From assembly GCA_002269645.1 (NCBI GenBank), contig NIVC01001833.1, positions 62,001-126,000 on the forward strand: a DNA stretch of 64,000 bases, read 5' to 3'. This stretch comes from Macrostomum lignano. Its lineage: Eukaryota. Made by a program: the position numbers and the translations under genes. Under the pieces are notes generated by a model, which had not been told where the DNA came from, did not search any database, and saw nothing but the letters and a program-made list of their open reading frames with translations. Of the stretch, positions 36,930 to 47,622 are shown piece after piece; the first letter of the stretch is position 1; each line of letters opens with the position of its first letter.

Positions 36930-39083
36930 TTAATCGCTGCGTTGGGTTGATCGGTGCACGCAGATGCGGGCAGTGCGACTAACATACGTCTTGGCCCTAG
37001 GATTAATAATTAGCCTCTCAGGCTGCCTACGATTCCTAGCTGGCCTACCGACATCTACAGACCCTAATGACGCTTCCACCGGAGTGGTGCATAACGACGG
37101 CCCAGGGGTCTGGACCACAGAAAAAGCAGCACTGGGAGCGGGAGCAGAAACGGGCGGAAAAGAAACAGCAGGCATAGACGCATCAAGAACAGGCTTATGC
37201 AGATGACATTCACCATACGGCACTGGCTCACGCCGAAGTGCACTTGCCTGGTTCGCTGGTGTCGTGACCGGTCCACCTCCTGGCTGCACCTCCGGGATCG
37301 CCAAAGGCCGGAAGTGCCATCGGAAGGCCGGCCTTGCGTCGTAGCCGTCATCATCGTCATCGTCGGGGTCGTCCTGGTCGTCCTCGGGGATTGGCGTCAG
37401 GGTCGCGGGTCCTGCGCCGTCGGGGACGTCGGGCGGCCGCCGGCGTTTCTTCGGTTTGTCGACTTCAGGGTCCGAAGTTCTCGTGTAGTCAGCGTCAGGC
37501 ACGAGCAGAAGGTTCCGGCGATGGACGACTAGTTCGTCTCGTCTGGCTCTCGGGTTGGGCAGTCTCCGTCGAATCTTGTAGACGACCTCGCCCTTGGGCT
37601 CGACGACTTCGTACAGTGCTTTGCGCGGTCGATGAAACTTCGCCGCCTCGTCCGGTTCAAGCACCGGATTGTTGAGGAAGACCAGATCACCGGGTTGAAG
37701 CTTCTTGGCGACGGGCAGGTTCGAATAGTGCTCGTCTCGCAGTTGCTGGTGCAGATGTAGGCGCTCCTTGGCTAGCTCAGTCGCCTCGTCCAGGCGACGT
37801 TGGAAGTCCTTGACGTAGTCGGGCAGGTCGGCGTACTCGGGCAGCTTCTTCAGCGCGTTGTCGATCGGGAGTCGGAAGTCACGGCCGAACACCAGATAGT
37901 GAGGCGTGAAGCCGGTCACCGGGTGCACGCTGGAGCGGAGAGCCATCAGACAGGCCGGGAGGAAGGTGTCCCAGTCGTTGTGGTTGCGCTCGAGCAGACA
38001 GGTGAGGACACTCTTCAGCTGCTTGTTGAGGTTCTCGACTTGTCCATTGGAAGCTGGATTGTACGGTGTTGTTGTCGTATGCCGAATGCCAAACAGGTCG
38101 CAGAACTTCTTGAAGGCCGAGCCGGTGAAGTTGGTGCCTTGGTCGGTGTGGATCCAGCATGGTACACCGAACTCAGGGATGAAGCGCTCCTGCAGAAGCT
38201 TGATGACTGTTTTGGCTTTCTGGTTTCTCATCGGGTAGGCGAATGGATACTTCGACGTCGCATCGCACAAGGTCAGGATGTAGCGGTTGCCGCTCTTGCT
38301 CTTCTGCGCGATTGGTCCTACTACATCACAGTGGATTCTACCCAGAACTTCGCAGACTGGGAAGCTCTGGACCGGAACTCTCTCTCGCCGTCGCGATTTA
38401 CTTTCAAGGCAGGTGCGGCACTTACTGATGAAGGTCTTGGTAGCACGGGCTAATCCGGGTCTCCAGAACTGTTCTCGTAGCCGCAGTAACGTCTTCGTCT
38501 CGCCAAGGTGTCCACACAGTGGCGAACTGTGGAGCTCCTGGAGCACCTGGGCGTCAAGGGCCTCAGGCAGAACAACCTTTGGCGGCTGCTGGCCATCGGA
38601 CAGGTCAATCAGCAGCAGGCCGTTGTCCTCCTGCAGGTTTTCGTAGTATCCGAGCAGGTTCCGCTGCTCCTTCGTCAGGCGCAACCGGGCGTCGAACTCA
38701 GGCTTCGGGGCTTCGTCCTTGACCAGGTTGAGCACGTAGCTGATGGCTCGGTCAGCGCGCTGGGCTTCAACGAACTGTTGGCGAGTCATCGGCAGCTTCA
38801 GAAAATCAGTGAGCACAGCGCGGCATGGCTGAGGGGTCCGGATTCCCGCAGTCTCCGCTTTAATGGCTCCAGGTCGATCACACGGCACCGTCTTGTCGGC
38901 GTCAGGATTAGGTCGCTCCGAGGGACTTTGTCTCACGACGTCGGCGTACGTCCGTTGATCTCGAATCGAAGTTCTCTTCATCGCTCTCATGACAGAAGAT
39001 TCCGCAGATGGGCAGCGCGCATGCCTCCACTGCATAGCACAGGCGACTCTTGGCTGTAGGGCGGGACGCAACACGTGAAGCAC
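36930..39083 (-). CDS. pol: Gypsy pol, integrase segment (separated from RT-RH by a frameshift)
   Basis: Zinc-binding motif (HSSPLCGH...CRTC), catalytic CDVVGP / TDQG / GQVENLN, and a GPY/F-like region (KFHRPRKALYEV...VVHRRNL). Confidence 0.92.
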   Translation of the reverse strand: MLHVLRPALQPRVACAMQWRHARCPSAESSVMRAMKRTSIRDQRTYADVVRQSPSERPNPDADKTVPCDRPGAIKAETAGIRTPQPCRAVLTDFLKLPMTRQQFVEAQRADRAISYVLNLVKDEAPKPEFDARLRLTKEQRNLLGYYENLQEDNGLLLIDLSDGQQPPKVVLPEALDAQVLQELHSSPLCGHLGETKTLLRLREQFWRPGLARATKTFISKCRTCLESKSRRRERVPVQSFPVCEVLGRIHCDVVGPIAQKSKSGNRYILTLCDATSKYPFAYPMRNQKAKTVIKLLQERFIPEFGVPCWIHTDQGTNFTGSAFKKFCDLFGIRHTTTTPYNPASNGQVENLNKQLKSVLTCLLERNHNDWDTFLPACLMALRSSVHPVTGFTPHYLVFGRDFRLPIDNALKKLPEYADLPDYVKDFQRRLDEATELAKERLHLHQQLRDEHYSNLPVAKKLQPGDLVFLNNPVLEPDEAAKFHRPRKALYEVVEPKGEVVYKIRRRLPNPRARRDELVVHRRNLLLVPDADYTRTSDPEVDKPKKRRRPPDVPDGAGPATLTPIPEDDQDDPDDDDDDGYDARPAFRWHFRPLAIPEVQPGGGPVTTPANQASALRREPVPYGECHLHKPVLDASMPAVSFPPVSAPAPSAAFSVVQTPGPSLCTTPVEASLGSVDVGRPARNRRQPERLIINPRAKTYVSRTARICVHRSTQRSD

Positions 39084-41060
39084 GCCTCGTCGCAGGCAGC
39101 CGTAGCCGTCGGCTCAGTCGTCGTCAAAATTGGGTGAGTCTTCTCCAGCACTGGGCGGTGTCGCAAAGGGGGACTCGACTTTCCGCACAGGCGATGAGCA
39201 GCTGTCTGTCGGCCCGGGGGACAGAGCTTCGACCTTGCAGCTGGCGCGAGATTCTGGCCCCTGTCAACATGGCGAGAGATCTCAGCGAAAGGCTCAGGAG
39301 GGTTGTACTTAAGTTGCTGTCCTGGAGTTGCGTTGCGGGCCGTCATCAGAAGGGCTGCCGGCGCGGTGGCCTTTGAATCTTGGTCCGTGGGCGTCTCCAG
39401 ATTCCGAGACCTGAGGTCTTGGACGTCGTCAAGGAGGTCTGTGTTCACAGTGGCCTCAAGGTCTTCGTCCAGGTTGGTCTCCAAGTTGCGGTAGGCGGCA
39501 TGGGCATCGCGGCAGAGGGCTGTTGTCGCAGTGGCCTCTGAGTTGTCGTCCAGGCCGGTCTCCAGGCGTTGACTGCAGCGGTGGGCGTCGTGCTGGAAGG
39601 CTGCTGGCGCAGTGGCTTCCAGGTCTTCGTCCAGGTCAGTCTTGGCCTCCAAGCAGCGAGAGTGGACTGTCTTCTGGAGGGCTGCTCTGGCAGTGGCCTC
39701 GGGTGTCGGGTCCAAATCCGGTTCCAGGTCGTGGTCGTCACCGGGTCGGGCGGTAGAACCAGGTTGCTCTAGCAGTCGGCCATGCTCGAAGAAGATCGGC
39801 GGGCCCTCCGGTCTTCTTGACAGGGCATCAGCGTTGGCGTGGTCCTTGCCTTTGCGGTGGTTGAGCTGGAAGCGGAACTCGCTTAGGCGCTCGATCCAGC
39901 GGCCTAAAATACATGTGGCCTGAGTTTGGTTCAGTAACCACAGTAAGGCCCGATGATCGGATCGAACTTCAAACTTCTTGCCGATTAAGTAATGACGGAA
40001 ATGTCGCATAGCGTCCACAATTGCAAGCAGCTCTTTCTTCGTGACCGTGTAGCGCTTCTCAGGATCGCGAAGTTTACGGCTAAAGAATGCAATTGGACGT
40101 TCGACGCCGTCGGATTGCAGTTGTCCAAGACAAGCGCCTATTCGAATATCAGAGGCATCCGTGTCGAGGACAAACTTCACAGCAGGATCAGAATTAAATT
40201 CAGGCAGAGCGAGAACTTCAGTAGAACACAATTTCTTCTTCAAAGTGTCGAACGCTACCTGATGCTCGGGAGTCCAATGCTGCCGCAGGCTGCCAATGTC
40301 CTTTCGCGTCAGGGCATGCAGCGGCGCAGCCACTCCAGCGTAGCCGTCGACAAACTTGTGGTAGTAATTGGCGAGGCCTAGGAATTGTCTCAGTTGAGTA
40401 ACGGACTGTGGCACGGGCCAATCACGGATCTGCGCAATCTTGTCCTCACAGGTCTTCAGGCCGTCGGGAGTCACGACGTGACCTAAATAATGCAGCTCCT
40501 TGAGGAACAAATGACACTTCTTCGGTTTCACTTTGAGGTTGGCTGCGATGATGCGCTGAAGTACAGTTCGCAAGTTATCCAGCTGTTCCTCGAAAGTCAC
40601 TGAGTGCACCACGATGTCGTCCATGTAGCCAAGCGCAGTCTTTGGCGTCAGGCCGTCCAGGAGCTTATTGATGCAACGCTGAAAGCTGCCAGGACTGTCG
40701 TGGAGACCCATCGGTAGAACGTTAAAACAGAATTGGCCGCGGTCGATTACTGAGAACGCCGTCAGTGCTGGTCGCAGTCCGCAGCGGGATCTGCCAGAAT
40801 CCTTGAGCAAGGTCCAGGCTGGAATACCACTGAGCACCACGAAGCTTCGCGAAGGTTTCCTGGATGTGCGGCAGCGGATACGGGTGATACACACACCTGT
40901 CGTTGAGAGCTCTGAAGTCGTGGACTAGTCGGATGTTGCCGTCCTTCTTGGGCACGATGAGCATTGGCGAATTGTAGCTCGAGTAGGCAGGGCGAATGAT
41001 GTGCTTCGCCAGCATCTCGTCTAGCAGGGCGTCGAGCTTGTCCTTCAGATGAGGCGGGAT
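38987..41060 (-). pseudogene. pol: Gypsy pol, RT-RNase H segment (frameshift at about 40770)
   Basis: SPMLIVPKKDG, RLVHDFRALN, SLDLAQGFWQ, LPMGLHDSP, YMDD, LDTDAS, ELLAIV, RSDHRAL and ADALSR. Split across ORFs 40722-41015 and 38987-40894. Confidence 0.92.
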
Positions 41061-42201
41061 TCAGCGCGGTGGTAGCGCAACTGGTGTCCGGTCCTTCAAG
41101 ATGATCTCGTGGGTCACCAGGTGAGTCAGGCCGGCGTCTAGTGGGTGCTTGGAGAAGGCCGCTTGGCATTCGACTAGTAGATCTCGCACTCTTTGATGTT
41201 GTTCTTTGGACAATTCGCTGTTGATCTCGACTTCATCTAGCCATGCTGTGCTGGACTCTTCAGAGTTCTTCGGGAGATGTCGCACTTCAGGTTCTGGCGT
41301 CTCGCTCAAGTACATCAGGTCGGCAGTTCGGAGTGGCGTCGCGACACCAACACGGATACCGGCTTGCAGAAACACTTCGCTGTCAGCGGTGTTGACGACC
41401 TCAATGTAGCCGCGACCTTCAGGCATCGTCATCAGAGCAGGCGCTGCTCCAGAGCGTTGCAGCTGGGATGCAGCCTCGACTTAACCAACTCGACAATTGA
41501 TGGCGATCCTCGATTCTCGGAATGGCCGTCATCCAATCTGACGGAAGCAGCGCTGAACTTCTAGGCGGCAGGGTGCACTTCTCGGAGGTGTACACTCGGC
41601 AGGTTTGAAGCTCACGACGCGAATAACGAACAGGGATACACGTGCCATTGTTGAACGTTAGCATTCCTTGAGCGAAGTCCAAGTTCTGGCAGTGCTCTCG
41701 CATAAACGATACGCCAAGCAAATTTTCACAATCGGAGACCGTGACGAGGAATTCGGTGTCCGCGACGACATCACCAAACTCCACAGGGATGGTCACCTTA
41801 CAAGCAAGTGGGAGCTGCGTCCCATCATACATAGTTACGCAATCGGGATTAGCATGCGATATAATACAACGAGGCATCCGGCGTCTAATAGCGGCCCAGG
41901 TTGACGAACCAAGGAAGTTTTTCCGGCTGCCGCTGTCTAGCAAGAAAGGGACCTCTCGACTCGCAACTCGACCTGTGACGTACGGATCGGCCTCACGCGC
42001 ATGGATTTTTTGATTCGGGGAGGTGTCCACGAAACCTCCGCACTCCGCGTCACTTACTGACGAGCGACTGTCGGACTGGGCATTGGCGCCTGCACAGCCG
42101 ACATCCTCTTCTTCTGGTGACCTCTGGGAGTCTGCCAAGTAGCCTGGGCTTGGACCTCGCGGAGGGCGGTGCCGTTGTCGCTCTCCGCCTGGCCGTTTCC
42201 C
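41061..42201 (-). pseudogene. pol: Gypsy pol, protease and linker segment
   Basis: Aspartic protease motif FLLDSGS, a frameshift near 41480 and an in-frame TGA at 41061-41063 (ALPPR*IPPHLK). Confidence 0.85.
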
Positions 42202-43229
42202 TGGTTCTGGCGCATCGGGCACTGGGTGTTGCGATGACCGGGCTGTCCGCAGCTATAGCAGATTATAGCTCTCTTTGGCGGGCTGGCTACCTGCTGTTGG
42301 TCACGCTGCACCAGGTGATCCAGCATTCGCTGCTGCTTCTCGATCAAGTCGGTTAGAGTCAGCAAGGCTTGGGCGGTGACGTCGGGTTTCGGGTCGCCGT
42401 CCTCCTCCCCGTCCAACATCCTAACCGGGGGTTGAGCAGATCGGTGCGCCAATTCTTTGGCGCCTTCTAGTCGTCGTAGCTCTCGAATCGCCGCAAGAAG
42501 ATTGTTCGGGCGAACCCAGTACAGCCGTTCACGCAGATCTGGAGTCGTCCGGATACCAGCGAGAAATTGATCAGCAATCTCCTTCTCGCGGTCTTCAGGA
42601 TGCATTCGAGGATACGCACGTTCACCAAGCGTCCTCAGTGCGTCAGCAAACTCTTCTGCTGACTCATTCTTGCCTTGTTGACGACGTCGCAATAGTTCTC
42701 GATACTCATCAGCACCACCATGACGGGCAAATCGCTCAATAAGACGCTGCTTGACCTCCTCGTAGCTGGCGAAACGCGGAAGATTCATACCAAGCAAGGA
42801 AGGATACGCAGTAGCCAAATCAAGACTCGCGATGAGGTGTTGCTTCATCTCGAACGGGTCGACGATGCGCTCCATCTCGCAACGCTGCTCGAACGCGGCA
42901 AGCCAGACATGAATGTCCTGACTTGGAGTAAACTTCACAATTTTAACTTGTTTACTTACAGGCCGCTCCATCTGCTGCTGCAGAGCTGCCATCATGGTCC
43001 TAACGTCCTGGTGCGTGATGTTCCGGCCGATGTTGTCCAGGCCTTGCAGAAGCTCGTCTGGCGGGTCGTCGGACGCGTCGCTTCTAGCACCTCGCCTCGG
43101 CGTCGGCTGCTGACCAAAGTCGTTGATCGCTGCTGCGGCTGCGGCGGCGTCTGCGGCCGCAGGCCTCGAACTGCTGATGTGCTGATCCAGCCGGCTGCTG
43201 CACCGGCTCTCGTCTCGCTCGTTGAACAT
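42054..43229 (-). CDS. gag: Gypsy Gag (391 aa)
   Basis: Capsid-type motifs (W..FEQRC; QGKNESAEEF; QFLAGI) and a CCHC knuckle CYSCGQPGHRNTQC. Confidence 0.92.
   Translation of the reverse strand: MFNERDESRCSSRLDQHISSSRPAAADAAAAAAAINDFGQQPTPRRGARSDASDDPPDELLQGLDNIGRNITHQDVRTMMAALQQQMERPVSKQVKIVKFTPSQDIHVWLAAFEQRCEMERIVDPFEMKQHLIASLDLATAYPSLLGMNLPRFASYEEVKQRLIERFARHGGADEYRELLRRRQQGKNESAEEFADALRTLGERAYPRMHPEDREKEIADQFLAGIRTTPDLRERLYWVRPNNLLAAIRELRRLEGAKELAHRSAQPPVRMLDGEEDGDPKPDVTAQALLTLTDLIEKQQRMLDHLVQRDQQQVASPPKRAIICYSCGQPGHRNTQCPMRQNQGNGQAESDNGTALREVQAQATWQTPRGHQKKRMSAVQAPMPSPTVARQ
42195..42201 (-). promoter_or_regulatory. Candidate -1 ribosomal frameshift slippery site G GGA AAC
   Basis: It lies in the gag frame as X XXY YYZ, and a -1 shift enters the protease frame (GKRPGGE...). 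Confidence 0.75.
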
Positions 43230-43299
43230 GTTGACTTGTCGTAGTCGCTGGCCGATGTCGTTCTCGAAAGAGCGGTTGCCTTGGGTGTGTCGTAGTCGG

Positions 43300-43319
43300 A
43301 TCCCACCGCTGCGTCACCA
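43300..43319 (-). other. Gypsy primer binding site (tRNA-Leu type, with a 2-nt insertion)
   Basis: TGGTG-AC-GCAGCGGTGGGAT lies 1 nt after the 5' LTR. The eukaryotic tRNA-Leu(AAG/UAG) 3' end is ATCCCACCGCTGCCA+CCA. Confidence 0.8.
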
Positions 43320-43320
43320 G

Positions 43321-44312
43321 TGAAGTAGACGCTGTTTGCTTCCCGGATTAGGCCCTTGGGGATTACCTTAAACCTCGAGCCTCTTCAGTGGGAAGTCCTT
43401 TCAGCGCGCAGTAGCGTAGGTAGTGCTGCCACCAGTTCCTTCAGGTCTCGGCCTTCGATGAGGTGAGCTTCCCGTCGGAACGAAATAAACAAGTCAACGA
43501 ACTCAGCACAGCGTGCAGATTTTCAGATTAATGAACAAGGCGTCCTGATCAGCAGATCCCCGCCGGGCTCAGGGGTGACTGGGAAGGCAGTGTTAGCCTC
43601 CCTTAGGCTTGGGCTTTAGTGGGGTCTCAGTCAGACCAGTACAAACGGATTCAGTACGCAAAGGGCACTTAGTTAGACACTGACGCACACGGGTTCTTAG
43701 TGAATTCTCCGCAGATAAGAAGCCAATCTTTGACGGAAACAAGGGGAGAGGGGTCCTATTTATAGCCGGGAAACACCCACGCACAAGACCTCGTGACTTG
43801 TTCTATTTTTAGAACTGACGTCACTTGAGGTCTCAGGGCAGGGTCTCAGTGCGCGCAAGACCTCGTGACTCGTTTTATTTTTAGAACTGACGTCACTTAA
43901 GGTCTCCGGCCAGAGTACACGCGGCTGTGACTCAGTTGCTATTTTTAGCAACATGAGTCACTCCTCTCCTTAGAGAAGGGAGGGGTCCGAAAGCACGTGA
44001 TTCTCCCGGTAAACAGGGCCAACGAGTGCAGTAAACATGTTTACTGCACTTTAGGACTCGAAGAACGCAGAGTCTGTCATGTGACTTGCTCACATGACAG
44101 AGGAAAACGGGACGGGAACAAAACAGAGACAGCCCACAGCAGAGAAGCTGAGGGCTGAGAACAGAGACGCAGAAGGGCAGAACAGGCCAAGGGCAGCAAC
44201 AGACGGGCCAAGGGGGCGGGAAGCTGACCAGCGGCAGACAGCAACCCAGGGCGAGGGTGAGGGAGACTGCTGACAAAGTGGGACGCCTAACACCAACTAG
44301 CGGATCACTACA
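43321..44312 (-). repeat. Gypsy 5' LTR
   Basis: 992 bp, about 99% identical to 35407-36398. Confidence 0.97.
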
Positions 44313-44930
44313 CCATAGTCAGGAAGGTGGCCTCTGAGGGGGAAAATTCCCGCGCACACAAAGGGTCTTAGCACACATTGGCGCACAAGTGCGGTGCACA
44401 CTGAGGTCCTTGGCGCATGCGGCGCACAATCATAGGGCACACTGAGGTCCCTAGTGCATGTGGCGCATAATTGTGGCGCATAAGGTCCCTGACATGCATG
44501 AAAATTGTAATGCAAATTAACAATTTTATGTAAAATAAAGGAGATTTGTATAGTCTAGAAAGTCAGTGATAAACTTTTTGGGTCTTTAAAATTAACAGTA
44601 AATAAAATTAGTATAAATTATTGCTAAGAATGTTAATTTTGCATTACTTTATTTGTAGGTTTAATTTAAGTTTGTTTTAAATGAAATATGCATAACATTT
44701 TAAAAACAAATGGCGCATGGACAGCGCACAAATTGTCCCAAAAAATTATTTTGGCGCATATTGTGCCACCTTCCTGACTATGGCATGTATGTCAGGGACC
44801 TAGGTGTGGGTATGGGTGCTGCATGTGCTAAGGATCTCAGTGTATGCCATTATTGTGCACCAAATACACTAAGGACCCCTTGTGTGTGCTGGAATTTCCC
44901 ATGGCAAAGGCCACTTTCCTAACTGGATCT
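44313..44930. mobile_element. Palindromic MITE-like element whose left end was hit by the Gypsy insertion
   Basis: 44313-44505 and 44783-44926 are degenerate inverted repeats. The terminal motif TGCCATAGTCAGGAAGGTGGC is rebuilt across the Gypsy insertion site. Confidence 0.6.
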
Positions 44931-45390
44931 CCTCTCTAGCATCATTCAATAACATATTAAGCTAAATTCTTTCCCTAGCTCCTCAAGTGTTGCCACAGTC
45001 TAGATTGTGTAGTAGTGTATGCTGGAACAATAATCCTATCTTAGCTAAATGTATGTCAATGTATGCCAAAAGCAAGAAATTTCCCTAAAATTTACGCAAA
45101 AAATTCCTCTTTATAAGGTCATTTGGTTTTCAGGAGTAGAGTTTCCTGAGAAAGGCTTTGTATAAAATTAAAACTAAGTTGCATGGCCGACCAAAATTCG
45201 GAGGTTGCGCATGCATGATTAGCAACTATTTATACTAATTTATTTCTTTTTTATTTTAAAGAAGCAAAAAGTTTATTACTGACTTTAGACTATACAAATT
45301 TTCCTTTTTTATGTTAAAGCAATTATTTATATTTTTTTATGTATAGTGATATACTTTAGTTGTTGGCAAGATGGTCCAGCAGGTTTTGGA

Positions 45391-46580
45391 ATCCCACCAC
45401 TATCACCAATGATGTGCTTAGCTTCCTGGCTTCTGGGATGGGATGGACTGCTATTGTCCGAAGCAACCTTGCTAAATATACTTATGGGGGTTGAGACTGG
45501 GGAGAAATCTAATATCAAGGATAGTGCTGCCACCAGCGTGGAAACCGTAGGATCCGTAATGAAGGGGTCTGATTGGGTTCCACACAAATAAATAACGCTA
45601 GAACAACTAGTCTCAGATATTTCAATGTCCAAGTGACAGGACTCAATGGTAGCAAATGGCCTGAGTGGCGCAGTCCTGGCACTGACAATGTCCGCACTTG
45701 AGCATGTCTAAGTTTAGCTCTCAGAGGACCCCTAACTCCTACTAACCTAATAGCTACAACTTGCGCAGATGGGTGGCGAGGAATAGGTCTATGCACCTGA
45801 AGTAGCAATAGACTCATGCTAACTAAGCTCTCAGCTATTTCTTAGAATCGCATATGAGTGCTACAATTGCACACTCACTCTCACTCTTATTCGCGCCTAT
45901 GTTGCAAATAGACTACAGCAGAATGGCTTCAGCCAATTGATTTCCTGCCAAATAGGGTAGGCTGGAAAACCAGAGCTATAGCACAGCAATGCTCTACCAA
46001 GACCTGCTCAGGAGCTTTGCTTTGCTGTTAACTGGTGCTAGAGCGCTAGACTTGGAGAAGGCTCTCGACAAGTCCTCACATGGCGGATCTGAGGAGAAAT
46101 TCAGACAAACGGCCTGCATTCGTTAATATAGAACACGGAGGGTAGAGCATTTGGGCATTCCATGGCTTGACCATGGAACAGCGGCCCAAAAAGTGCGGAT
46201 AATGATGCACAACAGATATTGATTAAACATGGGGGAAGAGAGTAGCTTGTTCAAGGCGCCGACAGTCGCCTCAAGCTACCAGTGACAATAGCATGCCAAA
46301 TTTAGGCTTGTGTGTACAAGGCTGCACGTGAGGGAGGGTTCAGCTCGGGACATGGGGTCCGCAAAACCCTCAGTCTAAAAATAGAATGACGCATGGGGAG
46401 AGGCTCGGATGCAGGAGAAATGAGAGAGCAGGAGGAAGGGTCCAGAGAGTGCATAGGGGAGGAGTGCGGCTAACTAGACTTGCGTACACTGAGCGATTGT
46501 ACGCGGCAGGCTAGGCAACTACAGTACAGGTAAGTGCCAAATTTGGCGGCTTCCACTAACTAACCCTAGGCTAGGCAAAA
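45391..46580 (-). mobile_element. Possible degraded remnant of a third LTR element (PBS plus LTR); right boundary uncertain
   Basis: ATCCCACCACTATCACCA (15/18 to the tRNA-Leu 3' end) at 45391-45408, then 1 nt and TG, plus an internal GCTGCCACCA at 45526-45535. Confidence 0.35.
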
Positions 46581-47622
46581 CTTCCTATTTTCCTATGCTA
46601 TTGAGCCTCATACAACGGCTTGATTGCGCCATATTGTGCAACTTCTGAGCACCAAGGAAGGCTGCTTAGAGTGCATGGAGGCAGCAGAAAAATTCCTATT
46701 CCAGATGCTTGCAGATGTGACTGTTGCCCTATGCTTGTAGCAGAAGGCTGCGGCCACATCAATAGCATGAATTTATTCACCAAAATTGGTATGCCAAAAA
46801 TTGGCATCAATTTTATGTACCAAAATTTGTATGCCAAAAAAATTGCATGAATTTGTATGCCAAAATTTGTTTGCCAACTTTGAAAAGGGTCAATTTGTAC
46901 ACTATAATTTTCCAGAATACATGTAACCTTCTGGAGTCTAGAAGTGTGGCAGTCTTGGTATGTGATGGTCTTGGTCTTACACTAAGAAATAAGGGTAGAA
47001 ATTTAGAGTGAAGTTAATTGAGAGTTAGGCCTACCTAACAATCTTTTCTTTTTTTCTGTACTCTCTCTGTCCCATTTCCCTTGTTCTTTTTTCCTTTCCC
47101 TTTTTTCTTTCTTTCCACTTCTTTTTCTTCTCTTTTTCTCTTTTCTCTCTTTTCACTTCTTTCCTCTCCTATCTTTCCCTTCTTGTCTATCCTTTCTCTT
47201 TATTCTCCCCTTTTATTCTTTCTTCTTGTAAATATTTAAGTAACAAAGTAACAAATTATACTACTATGCTTACTAAGATCTCATATGACTTGCTTATTAG
47301 TTTTCAAGATGGAATAGCAAAAGCTAACTAAATTGTTTGCAATATAGACTTTTTTGATAATAGCAAATGCTAGGTAGCCTTCTCATTGGCTTTAATTCAT
47401 ATTAGGCCTAACTTAACCCCTATTATCCTAACCGCATGTGCAAATAGTTAAAAAATCTTGATTGCCTCAGTCCTTATCCTTAAGGGCTTCCCTTGCATTA
47501 AAAGTGAAAACATTCTTCTTAGGTCCAACTTTAGCATAATACATGCATATGGGTTTAAATAAAAATCTCTATTGCTTGAGCCCTTAACCCCATAGAATTC
47601 TAGCTTTCCATATGGAAGCTTT

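Larger units (their letters stand above)
35407..44312 (-). mobile_element. Full-length Ty3/Gypsy LTR retrotransposon (8906 bp) with a disabled pol
   Basis: LTRs 35407-36398 and 43321-44312 are 992 bp each with TG...CA ends and about 9 transitions by eye. TSD CCAT at 35403-35406 and 44313-44316. Domain order is gag-PR-RT-RH-IN, with a PBS and a polypurine tract (PPT). Confidence 0.97.

Noticed and set aside
36964-43317. Numerous antisense and alternative-frame ORFs over gag-pol
   Set aside because: These are expected shadows of GC-rich coding sequence and have no motifs.
45640-45710. RING-like peptide LKCGHCQCQDC on the minus strand
   Set aside because: It is bounded by stops on both sides with no supporting exon structure.
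46030-46500. LINE reverse transcriptase relic (LDLEKALD, GVRK, LAYTE)
   Set aside because: The motifs are degenerate, not shown to share a frame and oddly spaced, and the region may instead be LTR-derived. It needs a TBLASTN/HMM test.
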